Shown here piece by piece: positions 27,359 through 40,272 of a stretch of 64,000 nucleotides of DNA. The DNA lies in assembly GCA_038087875.1 (NCBI GenBank), contig CM075993.1, positions 2,482,001 to 2,546,000 of the forward strand, read 5' to 3'. A program made the position numbers and the translations under genes. How positions within the stretch are numbered: position 1 is the stretch's first letter; every line of letters begins with the position of its first letter. This DNA is from Malacoraja senta (taxonomy: Eukaryota). A model generated the notes under the pieces. That model did no database searches. It saw nothing but the letters and a program-made list of their open reading frames with translations, and was not told the DNA's origin.

Positions 27359-28488
27359 GTGAGTACCAAACTTTGTAACCTGCTCACATCTTCTTCCACG
27401 CAGTTCCTCATGCAATATTTCTAGGCAATTCATACGTTCTAGGAGCAGAATTAGGCCATTCGGCTCAGCAAGTCTCCTCTACCGCTTTCGAGTAACTCTC
27501 TAGAGTTGCTGCCTTACAGCGAATGCAGCGCCAGAGACCCGGGTTCGATCCCGACTACGGGTGCTGTCTGTACGGAGTTTGCACGTTCTCCCCGTGACCT
27601 GCGTGGGGTTTCTCCGAGAACTTCGGTTTCCTCCCACACTCCAAAGACGTACAGGTTTGTAGGTTAATTGGTTTGGTAAATGTAAAAAGAAAATGTCCCT
27701 AGTGGGTGTAGGATAGTGTCAATGTGCGGGGATCGCTGGTCGGCGCGGACCCGGTGGGCCGAAGGGCCTGTTTCCGCGCTGTATCTCTAAACTAAACTAA
27801 AAATTCAATCATGGCCGATCTATCCCTCCCTCTCAACCCCATTCTCCTGCCTTTTCCCCACAACCCCTGACTAATCATTACAGGTCGCCGAAAATGTTCA
27901 ACATGTTGAAAATCCAGCGGCCACCAGAAAGACGTTACGACTCTTTGGGCGACTGAGGACCTTTAAACGACTCACGACCATACAGGCGACACCCTGGCGA
28001 CATGTCGCGGGGTGAAGCCTGTATGGTCGTGAGTAGTCGCCCAAAGAGTCGTACCTTGTTCTGGTCGCTGCTGGATTTTCAACATGTTGAATATTTTTGG
28101 TGTCCTGTAACGACCTATGACAGGCAGCATCTATGCAGCAAGGAAATAGGCAACGTTGCTGGCCGAAACGTTGCCTATTTCCTTCGCTCCATTGATGCTG
28201 CTGCACCCGCTGAGTTTCTCCAGCATTTTTGTCTACCTTCAATGTTTAATGTTTTATGTGTCATTCCTAACTGTCACTGTATGTCATGTTGTCACTTGTG
28301 GGCGGAGCACCAAGGCAAATTCCTTGTATGTGAATACTTGGCCAATAAACTTATTCATTCATTCATTTTTAGTAAATTAAAAAATGATTTAAAGATGCAG
28401 TATCTCCAAACCTTTGCCTCGTGCCCTGATCTAGTCTATAGCACTCTTTATATTGGCTCCAACAGTGAACCAGTGCCAGAATATAGTC

Positions 28489-29148
28489 TACATCGGTGAG
28501 ACCAAGCGGAGGCTTGGCGATCGTTTCGCCGAACACCTCCGGTCGGTCCGCAATAACCAACCTGAACTCCCGGTGGCTCAGCACTTCAACTCCCCCTCCC
28601 ATTCCGTATCTGACCTCTCTGTCCTGGGTCTCCTCCATGGCCACAGCGAGCAACACCGTAAATTGGAGGAAATGCACCTCATATTCCGCTTGGGCAGTCT
28701 ACATCCTGGGGGCTTGAACATTGAATTCTCCCAATTCTGCTAGCCCTTGCTGTCCCCTCCCCTTCATCAGCCATCTGGTTGTCTCCTCCCCTCCCCCAGC
28801 CCTCGGGCTCCTCCTCCGCCTTTTTCCTTTTTTCCTTTCTTCTCCCCACCCCCTATCAGTCTGAAGAAGGGTTTCGGCCCGAAACGTTGCCTATTTCCTT
28901 CGCTCCATAGATGCTGCTGCACCCGCTGAGTTTCTCCAGCATTTTTGTGTACCTGCTGGAGAAACTCAGCGGGTGCAGCAGCATCTATGGAGCGAAGGAA
29001 ATAGGCAACGTTTCGGCCCGAAACCCTTCCGGGTTTCGTCCCGAAACGTTGCCTATTTCCTTCAGGGTTTCGGCCCGAAACGTTGCCTATTTCCTTCGCT
29101 CCATAGATGCTGCTGCACCCGCTGAGTTTCTCCAGCATTTTTGTGCAC
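28489..29148 (+). mobile_element. 5'-truncated Penelope-like element: GIY-YIG endonuclease C-terminus, hammerhead-bearing terminal repeat and inverted extension
   Basis: YIGETKRRLGDRFAEHLRSVRNNQPELPVAQHFN...HRKLEEMHLIFRLGSLHPGGLNIEF (stop 28743). Hammerhead motif at 28861-28888. 13-bp TSD CCAGAATATAGTC at 28476-28488 and 29149-29161. Confidence 0.85.
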
Positions 29149-29235
29149 CCAGAATATAGTCCTTTTTCTGCAAACTATTAACGTACTTGACAACTTGAGA
29201 TTGCAGTTGAGATCTTGCCGGTATGTGAGATTTAA

Positions 29236-29928
<693 letters not shown>

Positions 29929-29931
29929 AAT

Positions 29932-30420
29932 ATGTAGATAGACACAAAAAGCTGGAGTAACTCAGCGGGACAGGTGGCATCTCTGGAGAGAAGGAATGGG
30001 TGACGTTTCGGGTCGAGATCCTTCTTCAGACTGGTTAGGGTTAAGGGAAACAAGAGATAAAGGCGATGATTTAGAGAGATAAAGAACAATGAATGAAAGA
30101 GATGCAAAAAATTAACGATGATAAAGGAAATAGGCCATTGTTAGCTGTTTGTAGGTTGAAAACGAGAAGCTGGTGTCACTTGAGTGGGGGAGGGATAGAG
30201 AGAGAGGGAATTCCAGGGCTCCCTAAAGTTAGAAAAATCAATGTTCATTCCACTGGGCTGTAAGCTGCCCAAGCGAAATATGAGATGCTGTTCCTCCAAT
30301 TTGCATTTAGCCTCACTCTGACAATGGAGGAGACCTGGGACAGAAAGGTCCGTGTGGGAATGGGAAGGGGAATTAAAGTGTTTAGCAAACGGGAGATCAG
30401 GTTGGTCCAGGCGGACTGAA
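29932..30420 (-). mobile_element. Penelope-like element fragment (GIY-YIG C-terminus and terminal repeat)
   Basis: Minus strand reads HFNSPSHSHTDLSVPGLLHCQSEAKCKLEEQHLIFRLGSLQPSGMNIDFSNF. Hammerhead motif at 30002-30029 (-). Confidence 0.75.
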
Positions 30421-32855
30421 CTTCAACCTGTAACTTTATAGCTCGTTGTAGGAAGGAACTGCAAATGCAAAATTAGGCAGCATCTCTGGACAGAAGGAAT
30501 GGGTGATGTTTCAGGTCGAGACCCTTCTTCGTACTCTAACTTGTCTAACTTCATAACCCTTTGGCTGAACCACATTTGGAGTAATGCGTGCGGTTGTGGT
30601 CGCCCCAATACATGAAGCATGTGGAGGCTTTGGAAAAGGTGCTCAGAAGGTTTACCAACACGATGACTGCAATAGGAGGGTATTAGCTACAGGGACAGGT
30701 TGGACAGACTTGGATTATTGTCTCCTGAATGCCAGAGATTGAGGAGTGACCTGATAGAAGTTTATTAAATGTATATAAAAGGTCAGTGTGGGAATGGGAA
30801 GAGGAATTAAAATGTTTGGCAAACGGGAGTTCAGGTGGGTCTAGGGCTAGGGGTCGCTCATCATCTTTTTTGATCTCTCAGCTTTCTCTTTCCCAACTTC
30901 ATAGTTAATCTCCAGCGTGTATTTTGCTTTTACCCACTTAAACCCCTCTCGGGTGAGATGTACACCTTTCAAACCATCTTGTGTTGCCATTCATAAACCA
31001 GTAGCTGTCCCTGATTGAATGGTATCTCTGTTTGCTTCATTGTCAACTTCTCCAAGCTAACAATGAGCTATTCTATTATTGAAACATATAAGATTTTTAA
31101 GGCCTTGGACACGCTTGAGGCAGGAAACAAGTTCCCCATGTTGTGGGAGTCCAGAACCAGGGGCCACGGTTTAAGAATAAGGAGTAAGCCATTTAGAACG
31201 GAGACGAGGAAACACTTTTTCACACAGAGAGTGGTGAGTGAGGCCGGTTCTCTGGATACTTTCAAGAGAGAGCTAGATAGGGCTCTTAAAGATAGCGGAG
31301 TCAGGGGATATGGGGAGAAAGCAGGAACGGGGTACTGATTATGGATGATCAGCCATGATCACATTGAATGGCAGTGCTGGCTCGAAGGGCCGAATGGCCT
31401 ACTCTTGCACCAATTGTCTATTGTCTCTTGTCTACATTTTCCTTGACCCTCGTCCGCTTTGATGTCTCGTTTTCACACCTTACTCTTCCTTATCTCAATG
31501 TCTCCCTCTCCCCTGCCTCTCAGTCTGAAGAAGAGTCGTGACCCAAAACGTCACCCATTCCTTCTATCCAGAGATGCTGCTTGTCCTGCTGAGTTACCCC
31601 ACCATTTTGTGTCAGCCTTCTCAGTCTGCTGTGTTTCCAAGGATGCCCTTCTGTTTTCCAGTAGACCACCAGAGCAGTCTCATTAAAAAAAAATGTAGTC
31701 ATTACTGTGCCTGCGAATTGTAATCACTTCAGCAGCTGCAACCTTGTCTCAACTTGTTCTCAGAGTGTTATTCAGGAAAACAAAAAAGAAATCATGTGTA
31801 AAACACCAGATTTTAACATTTAAATTAGCTTGCACCTGTCAACCTTGAGATTGGAGTGAAAATATGCCCCGTGTAGAAGATGCATTCTGTTTCCCCACAT
31901 TTCTGTTCCTGTTAAATTGCCAGCGATTGCCTGGGGCAGGCAGAGGAAGCAAGGACTCTGCAGAAGGACTTGGACAGGTTAGGAGAGTGGGCAGTGAAGT
32001 GGCTGATGAAATTCAGTGTGGCAAATTGCAGAGGCACGTAGTTTGGTAATAAGAATAAAGGCGTAGATTATTTTCTAAATGGAGGGAGAATCCAGATATC
32101 GGAGGTGCAAAGGGACTTGGGAATGGTGGTGCAAGACTCTCAAACAGTTAATCTGCAAGTCGAATCGGTAGTAAGGAATGCAAATTCAATGCAAGCATTT
32201 ATATCGACTGGAATACAAGAAACAGGGATGTAACGCTGAGGCTCATTAAGGTCAGGCAGCATTTGGAGTACTGTGAGTAAATTTGTGGGCCCCATATCTG
32301 AGGAAGGATGTGCTGGCTCTGGAGAGGGTCCAGAGGAGGTTTACAGGAATGATTCCAGGAATGAGGGGGTTAGCATATGATGAGCGTTTGACAGGGAGTA
32401 TTGGTATTGGTCTATTATTGTGAGATACAGTGAAAGCCCTTCTTTTGACTGGCATGCAAGTAAATCATCCATCCATGATTACAATCACACCACACCGGAG
32501 TAGTGCAAATAGAGAAAAGAAACGGTGCAGAATATGGTGTTACGGCCACAGAGAAAGCGCAGATTTAAAAAAGTGCACGGGTCGCAATGAGGTAGGTCGG
32601 GAGATTGGAAATATATCCTTAGTTTATGAGAGACATGACATGAATAATATATATTTTTTAAACCGAGGACCTGGCCAGGTTTATCCCACCATTGCCGCAC
32701 CTCCCTTCTGATGCCCCAAACGTATTAGGATCTGTGTCTGAACAGCACTGTGGACATCCTGATGATCTGGGCAGAACTATATAAATGAAAGGACTTTCAA
32801 AGTTCCTGAGATGCTCATCAGTGGAAATTAGCCATCAAGCCCCAGATAAATCCCA

Positions 32856-33207
<352 letters not shown>

Positions 33208-33674
33208 TGCATCACATATGACTCATTTTATTTCAGCGGTGAAAGACTTATTTCATTCTCCTGCTGTTTTGGACATGAAATAATCAGCTTACCTCCAGCA
33301 GAACTTGCACTTTGATGGTTTTCTGAGCTACGATCCATGGGGGAGATAAGCAAAGTGCATGCAATCAGTACGGTATTAAGCGATGATTGGCTTTACTTAA
33401 GTTGATTATGACAATGCAATCCAGTTACCACACCGATCCAAAATGCAATGCATTATTAATGTCCCGTCAATGACATCTGCTAACTGCATTAAATCTTATT
33501 CAATTCTTCCAATCATAATGATGACAGGTAGAATCCTAATAGCATTCAGCCATGTCCTCGTAAATATATGAATGATGTGCCAACTTATTACTTTTGTTAA
33601 AAGCAGAGGTCTCCAAAATGGTTTGAAAATTGCCAATAGGCAAGTACTCATTCTGTTAGCAGGTCTATCTTCAC

Positions 33675-34000
33675 TTCAGTTCAGTTTAGTCTATAGTCAC
33701 GTGTACCGAGTTACAGTCAAAAGCTTTTTGTTGCGTGCTAACCAGTCAGCGGAAAGACAATACATGATTACAATCGAGCCATTTACAGTGTATGGATGCA
33801 CGATAAGGGAATAACATTTAGTGCAAGATAAAGCCAGCAAAGTCCAATCAAGGATAGTCCGAGGGTCACCAAAGAGGTAGATAGTAGTTCAGGACTGCTC
33901 TCTGGTTGTGGTAGGATGGTTCAGTTCCCTGATAACAGCTGGGAAGAAACTGTCCCTGAATCTGGAGGTGTGCCTTTTCACACTTCTATACCTCTTGTCA
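33675..34000 (-). mobile_element. Rex1/Babar LINE 3' fragment
   Basis: Minus strand reads KRYRSVKRHTSRFRDSFFPAVIRELN. Related pieces lie at about 25437-25580, 37426-37545 and 54205-54435. Confidence 0.7.
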
Positions 34001-34388
34001 GATGTATGTGAATCTACATGAAATATAAAAGAGATGTTCAGATTAAAGTAATTAAACTTCTGAATCCACTTTACAAGTTGAAATCTGATATTGGGATTGA
34101 TTTACTGGGTATTTTTGTTAACGCATGATAATTGGAACCAGGGCACCTGATATAATTAGGGCAGCACGGTGGCGCAGCGGTAGCGTTGCTGCCTTACAGC
34201 GTCGGAGAGCCGGGTTCGACCCTGACTACGGACGCTGTCTGTGTGGAATTTGTAATGTTTTCCTTGTGACCGCGTGGGTTTTCTCCGGGTTCTACGGTTT
34301 CCTCCCACATCTCAAAGACGTGCCGGTTTGTAGGCTCATTGGCTTCTGTAAATCGCCCCCTAGTGTGTAGGATGTGAAAGTGTGGTAA

Positions 34389-34780
34389 TGCCCCTGTCCC
34401 ACTTAGGAGACCTAAACAGCAACCTCTGGTGACCTTGCCCGCCACCCAAAAAAAAAATTCAAGGTCGAGGTGACCTGCAACCTCCTACCACCTCCCACGC
34501 ATATGTTGAAAACCTTCCTCGACTATGAAGAAAACCGGCTTCGACTAGACCTGCCACTAAAAAATGATCGTTTTTTAAAACGGCAACCTATTTTTAGTCG
34601 AGGCCGGTTTTAAACACGATGAAAAAATAGCAGCAACCTAGATGAAGCCTCGACCTCGCGGAAACCACTTTCGACCATTAGGGAGAGTGACCAAAACCTG
34701 CGGTGCCCTCATGGAAACCTTGGGTGGCGGGCAAGGTCACCAGAGGTTGCTGTTTAGGTCTCCTAAGTGGGACAGAGGCT
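34389..34780. mobile_element. Harbinger-like MITE (family 4, ~60-bp TIRs) inserted in a SINE
   Basis: GCCCCTGTCCCACTTAGGAGACCTAAACAGCAACCTCTGGTGACCTTGCCCGCCACCCAA and its inverse at 34720-34780. TAA/CAA flanks. Confidence 0.75.
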
Positions 34781-35158
34781 CAACATAGAACGGGTGTGAA
34801 TGGGTGATCGATGGTCGGCTTGGATGCGGTGGGCCGAAGGGCCTGTTTTCATGTTGTATCTCTAATGGGAGTGCGGACAGAATGGTGAGAGAGGGAATTT
34901 TTCTTGTGCAGAGAAACGTGACAGAACAGAATTCAGTATATCTTGGCTGGCTCCGTAGACACGAATTACAATATCAATGGAAACAAAATAGTTATACTGT
35001 TCTGGGACTCTGCTGGAATATGAAACAGTCTATTCTGTGAGTTCCCATATGATTTGAGTGAATAGGAGTTGGACTCGAAGATTGGGACCCCTTTTATTCG
35101 AATCAGAAGCATTAATGCATAATACAGTATTTGTAAAATTTATTGTGCGATATGAACT

Positions 35159-35358
35159 NNNNNNNNNNNNNNNNNNNNNNNNNNNNNNNNNNNNNNNNNN
35201 NNNNNNNNNNNNNNNNNNNNNNNNNNNNNNNNNNNNNNNNNNNNNNNNNNNNNNNNNNNNNNNNNNNNNNNNNNNNNNNNNNNNNNNNNNNNNNNNNNNN
35301 NNNNNNNNNNNNNNNNNNNNNNNNNNNNNNNNNNNNNNNNNNNNNNNNNNNNNNNNNN
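35159..35358. other. Assembly gap (200 N)
   Basis: Run of exactly 200 N. Confidence 1.
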
Positions 35359-35973
35359 TACAACAAATCTCCGAGAGCATTCCAATTCCCCCCTCCCCTC
35401 CCCCCCCCCCACAGACCTTCCTGCTGCCATTTACTGATCCAAATGACAATTCATGTTATTCCAGCTACTCACCCCTTATAAATTCCCCAGCGACTGATGT
35501 GAGATTCACTTGTCTGCAGCAACTTAAATTATCCTTCTCCTCTAGTTAGCAACAGAGCAAATATGTATGAGAAATGCTAATCTTTCTGGGTCAGGAAAGG
35601 TTGATTCTCATAAATATTTATCATCAGCGGCCCCATAATTTTCAGCAAAATTATGTTTCTCTATTTTAATTTTGGAAACGACTTTCAGCAACAGGAACAC
35701 AAACTGCCGAATGACATGTTTAATCATTCGGCAGTGTTTAGTTCTCTTTGAAGCCTTATCCCAATTTTTACTTTGAGTAAGGTCTATCAGCTAATGAGCA
35801 GGAGGATCCTAACCCTGGATATTATATCTGTTTACACAGCGGCAGAGTTCTTAATGTGCTGCCGGCAATGTATAAGACCTCAGTAACCTGCCAGACTCCA
35901 ACAGCCCTTATTATCTATCCAGAGGTATTTATATAACAAATGTACTCATATCCCGAACATGGGTTAGAAGAAG

Positions 35974-36173
35974 TGTTTAAGAAGGAACTGCAGATGCTGG
36001 AAAATTGAAGGTAGACAAAAGTGCTGGAGAAACTCAGCGGGTGCAGCAGCATCTATGGAGCGAAGGAAATAGGTTGCCTATTTCCTTCAGGGTTTTGGCC
36101 CGAAACGTTGCCTATTTCCTTCGCTCCATAGATGCTGCTGCACCCGCTGAGTTTCTCCAGCACTTTTGTCTAC
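35974..36173. mobile_element. Palindromic Penelope-derived short element
   Basis: 16-bp TSD CATGGGTTAGAAGAAG at 35958-35973 and 36174-36189. Confidence 0.75.
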
Positions 36174-36823
36174 CATGGGTTAGAAGAAGGTTCATTGATG
36201 TGAACTTATAATACTAAGGCCCTTCGGCTCACTGGGCCCGCACCGACCAGCACATTAACACTATCTTACACACACGAGGGACAATTTTACATTTATTACA
36301 AGCCAATTGACCCACAAACCTGTATGTCTTTGGAGTGTGGAAGGAAACCGAAGATCTTGGAGGAAATGAACGCAGGGAGAACCTACTCGGGATCGAACTC
36401 TGGTCTCTGGCACTATAAGGCAGTAGCTCTACCGCTGGGCCACCGTGCCAAATTTGTTTCAGCAGTTTGTCTGGAGGTTCGTGCATGCTACATAAAGGTG
36501 ACAGGAATAGGTTCTTCCTCAATTCCCCCTGTTCAGTTACCATGCTAGTCAATTTTAAGGAGTCCAATACCAGAGAGAAGTTGAATCAATCTATCTATTA
36601 TGCTCTGGAATATTGATTCGTACGGGTGTCAGGGGTTATGGGGAGAAGGCAGGAGAATGGGGTTAGGCGGGAGAGATAGATCAGCCATGATTGAATGGCA
36701 GAGTAGCCTTGATGGGCCGAATGGCCTAATTCTGCCCCTATCACATGCTCAGACTGAACCTTTCTCACATGGATGTCCATTATATATAATTTATATCTAT
36801 AATTTAATTATAGTTTATAAGAG

Positions 36824-37142
36824 CAGCATGGTGGTGCAGCGGTAGAGTTGCTGCCTCACAGTGTCAGAGACCCATGTTCGATCCCGACTACGGGTGCTGT
36901 CTGTACGGAGTTTGTACGCTCTCCCCGTGACCTGCGTGGGTTTTCTCCGAGATCATCGGTTTCCTCCCACATTCCTAAGGCGTACAGACAGGTGTGTAGG
37001 ATAATTGGCTTGGTGTAAGTGTAAATTGTCCTGGTGCGTGTGTAGTGTGGCGTTAGTGTGCGGGGATCGCTGGTCGGCGCGGACCCGGTTGGGCGAAGGG
37101 CCTGTTTCCGCGCTGTATCTCTAAACTAAACCAAAACTAAAC
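36824..37142 (+). mobile_element. tRNA-derived V-SINE
   Basis: Same architecture as 20732-21056. Confidence 0.8.
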
Positions 37143-38424
37143 GATATTGGAACAATTCCAGGTGAGTATTAATGAATGAGTATTCCCTTGGGAGTAGAAA
37201 TTATTCTGATTCCTGCTTGGATACAGAAAGATATTTGTCCTGAAACACTAACTCTATTTCTCCATCTACGAGCGATGGCTTAAGTGGGTGATTATTGACA
37301 GTATTTTCCAATTTTATTTCAGACGTACAACATTTACAGTTCTTGTATGCGTGCGCTCAGAAGGGAAACATTTGGCACAATGACGACAACAATGTCGCTC
37401 CCTTTGCGACAGAGCAACCACCCTCTAGTTTACTTTAGTTTATTGTCACATGTACCGAGGTACAGTGAAAAGCTTCCATTGCTAACCAGTCAGCGGAAAG
37501 ACAATACATGATTACAATCGAGCCGTCCACTGTGTACAGATACATGAGAGGAATAAATCAGGTAGATGCACAGAATGTCTTGCCCAGAGTAGGGGAATCG
37601 AGGACCAGAGGACATAGGTTTAAGGTGAAGGGGAAAAGATTTAATAGGATTCTGAGGGGTGACTTTTTCACACAGAGGGTGGTGGGTGTATGGAACGAGC
37701 TGCCAGAGGAGGTAGTTGAGGCCGGGACTATCCCAACGTTTAAGAAACAGTTAGACAGGTACATGGATAGGACAGGTTTGGAGGGATATGGACCAAACGC
37801 AAGCAGGTGGGACTAGTGTAGCTGGGACATGTTGGCCAGTATGGGCAAGTTGGGCAGAAGGGCCTGTGTCCACACTGTATCACTCTATGACTCTATGACA
37901 TAACATGAATGATGTTTAGTGCAAGATAAAGCCCAGAACAACCTTTCCACATCCACTCTATGCCTTTCATTATTCAAAATAAAATTGAGACAAGGCAAAA
38001 TAAATACTTCCTCATCTCCATTCTAAAGGTACGTCCTTTTATTCGGAGGCTGTGCCCTCTGGTCCTAGACGCTCCAGTCATAGAGGCATAGAGTCATAGA
38101 GTGATACAGTGTGGAAACAGGCCCTTCGGCCCACCTTGCCCACATGGGCCAACCTGTCCCAGCTACACTAGTCCCACCTGCCTGCGTTTGACCCATATCC
38201 CTCCAAACCTGTCCTATCCATGAACCTGTCTAACTGTTTCTTAAACGTTGGGATGGTCCCTGTCCCAATTACCTCATCTGGCAGAGCTTGTTCCATACAC
38301 CCACCACCCTTTGTGTGAAAAAGTTACCCCTCAGATTCCTATTAAATCTTTTCCCCTTCACCTTGAACCTATGTCCTCTGGTCCTCGATTCACCTACTCT
38401 GGGCAAGAGACTCTGCGCGTCTAA

Positions 38425-38617
38425 AGGGCCTGTCCCACTTGGGCGTCATTTGCGCGTCAGGCAGATGGCGCGCGAAGATTTTGTACATCCCAAAATCCTG
38501 GGGCGCCGCGTGCCACTGCCTACGTCACCACGCACCGTGCGCGCGGGTCGTGTGTCGTGATGCGTAAATGATGTTGCGTAAATGATGAGCAAATGACGCC
38601 AAGTGGGGACAGGCCCT
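38425..38617. mobile_element. Harbinger-like MITE (family 1), 85 bp upstream of the last HCN exon
   Basis: TIRs AGGGCCTGTCCCACTTGG / CCAAGTGGGGACAGGCCCT. TAA TSD at 38422-24 and 38618-20. Confidence 0.8.
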
Positions 38618-38702
38618 TAAGTCAGTCAGAGGTGAGTACATTTTGGGCCCTGACCTGCAATAATAATCTAACGTTCTTGCACGGTTTTGTCTTTTTGGAC
38701 AG

Positions 38703-40272
38703 GTAAGAAAAACTCCATCTTGCTGCACAAGGTACAGAACGACCTCAACTCGGGCGCGTTGAACTACCAGGAGAGCGAGATCATCCAGCAGATCGTGCAG
38801 CATGACCGAGAGATGGCCCAGACCGTCCAGAAAGCAGCCCCGGCCGAGTCCAGCCCAGCCCCGGTCATCTGGACACCTCTAGTCCGAGCTCCATTGCAGG
38901 CAGCGGCCGCCACCACCTCCGTGGCCATCGCCCTCACTCATCACCACCCGCGCCTCCCTGGTGCCATGTTCCAGCCACCCTTGTCCATCCTCAGCTCTTT
39001 GGGGCAGCAGTCCAACCAGACGCCAAGGCAGCTGAAGAAGGTGCAGCACTCGGCCCCCGGCACTGGACCACCCACCATGGGGTCTCCATCCAGCGCCCCG
39101 TCCCAACTCCAGACGCCCTGCTCCGAGTCCCCTCCGTCTCTGCTCTTCCAGACCCACCACCTCCTGGGAGCTTCTCCGCCCGTCGGCATGGGCCAGCAGC
39201 ACCGTCAACTGGGCACCACCTCGTCCGGATCTTCCCGCCGCCCGTCGGGGACACCGGCCGGCAGCCCGGGGCAAGGGCAACGGTCCAGGTCGGGGTCTGA
39301 GTCGGGGTCTCCGTCCCCCAGCCTGGGGCACCTCCAGCAGTTTCTCAGCGGCTCGCCGGTCCAGCCTCCCACCCTGGCTCCATCCGCCCCAGCTTTCACC
39401 CAGATCCACCCTGGACAGGCCCAGGCCCAGGCCCAGATCCAGTTCCAGGCCACCTCTCGGTCGCCTCAGGCCGGCCAGGGCCACCGCCACTTCCCTGGAG
39501 GCGCCCAATCTGCCGGGGTCAAGCAGTGCCACAAACGGATCTCCATCTCCCCAACTGGGAGCCAAGGACATCTCCCCCCAGTCGGGATGAGCTCCCCGCT
39601 GCCCAGTTTGGGTCATCATCTCCCCAAGTGTCGCCACGCATCCAGAGGCCACAGGGGCAACAGCAACAAGCATCCCCTGTGGCTCAAGGAGAGAACCCCA
39701 GCCATCCAGCCACTGCGTCACCATTGCAACACCTGGCCAACCTACCTTTGCCCTACTCGCCCCACGCTCCGAGCCCCCCCATTCAAAGCCCGGCGGCCAA
39801 GCGGACATTGCAACGGGACCGCACTGACGGGTCGAGTTCACCCACCTCCCTCCTCCTGCCCCAAGCCCCGCTCCAGCAGATCATCACCCTCAAAAGCACT
39901 CAGCCCATCGGACGCCTCACCCAGGAGGACCTTAAGACCATCTCCGCATCTCAGCCTACTTTGCCACAGGAGTTGACGCAAGTGTTGCATCGAAGCAGCC
40001 CATCCTTGGTCAGGGAGGCTGTGGGAAGCCTAACAACATTTTCTAAACCTGAACGCTCGAACAAACCTTGCACTTCCATCTCAGAGTGCATGACTCTACC
40101 TAAGCAGATGTCTACGGGATCTTTACCTCAAACACAAGGGCAAATACCGGGCGCATCTGCTGCCAACTTCCCCACCACATTCTCTAAAGACAAAAACGTT
40201 ACCCGGAAGGGATCAATAGGCTTTGGTTCCGATTTGGAATCTGTTCGATCTAAGCTTCCTTCTAACTTGTGA
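38703..40272 (+). CDS. HCN4: HCN channel terminal coding exon: post-CNBD Pro/Ser/Gln-rich tail ending SKLPSNL (net -1/+2 frameshift near 39480-39610)
   Basis: Acceptor ctttttggacAG. Starts (G)[17 protein letters not shown]...[28 protein letters not shown] (ORF 38687-39976). Continues in another frame (ORF 39526-40272) with [20 protein letters not shown]...VRSKLPSNL*, motifs typical of HCN4. Stop TGA at 40270-40272. Confidence 0.9.

Noticed and set aside
32741..32762. RE1/NRSE-like site (aaCAGCACtgtGGACAtcc)
   Set aside because: Too many mismatches at core positions of TTCAGCACCnnGGACAG.
35030..35549. ORFs containing runs of X
   Set aside because: Artefacts of the 200-N gap.
38879..39841. 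320-aa minus-strand ORF
   Set aside because: Antisense shadow of the GC-rich HCN terminal exon, with no recognisable domain.
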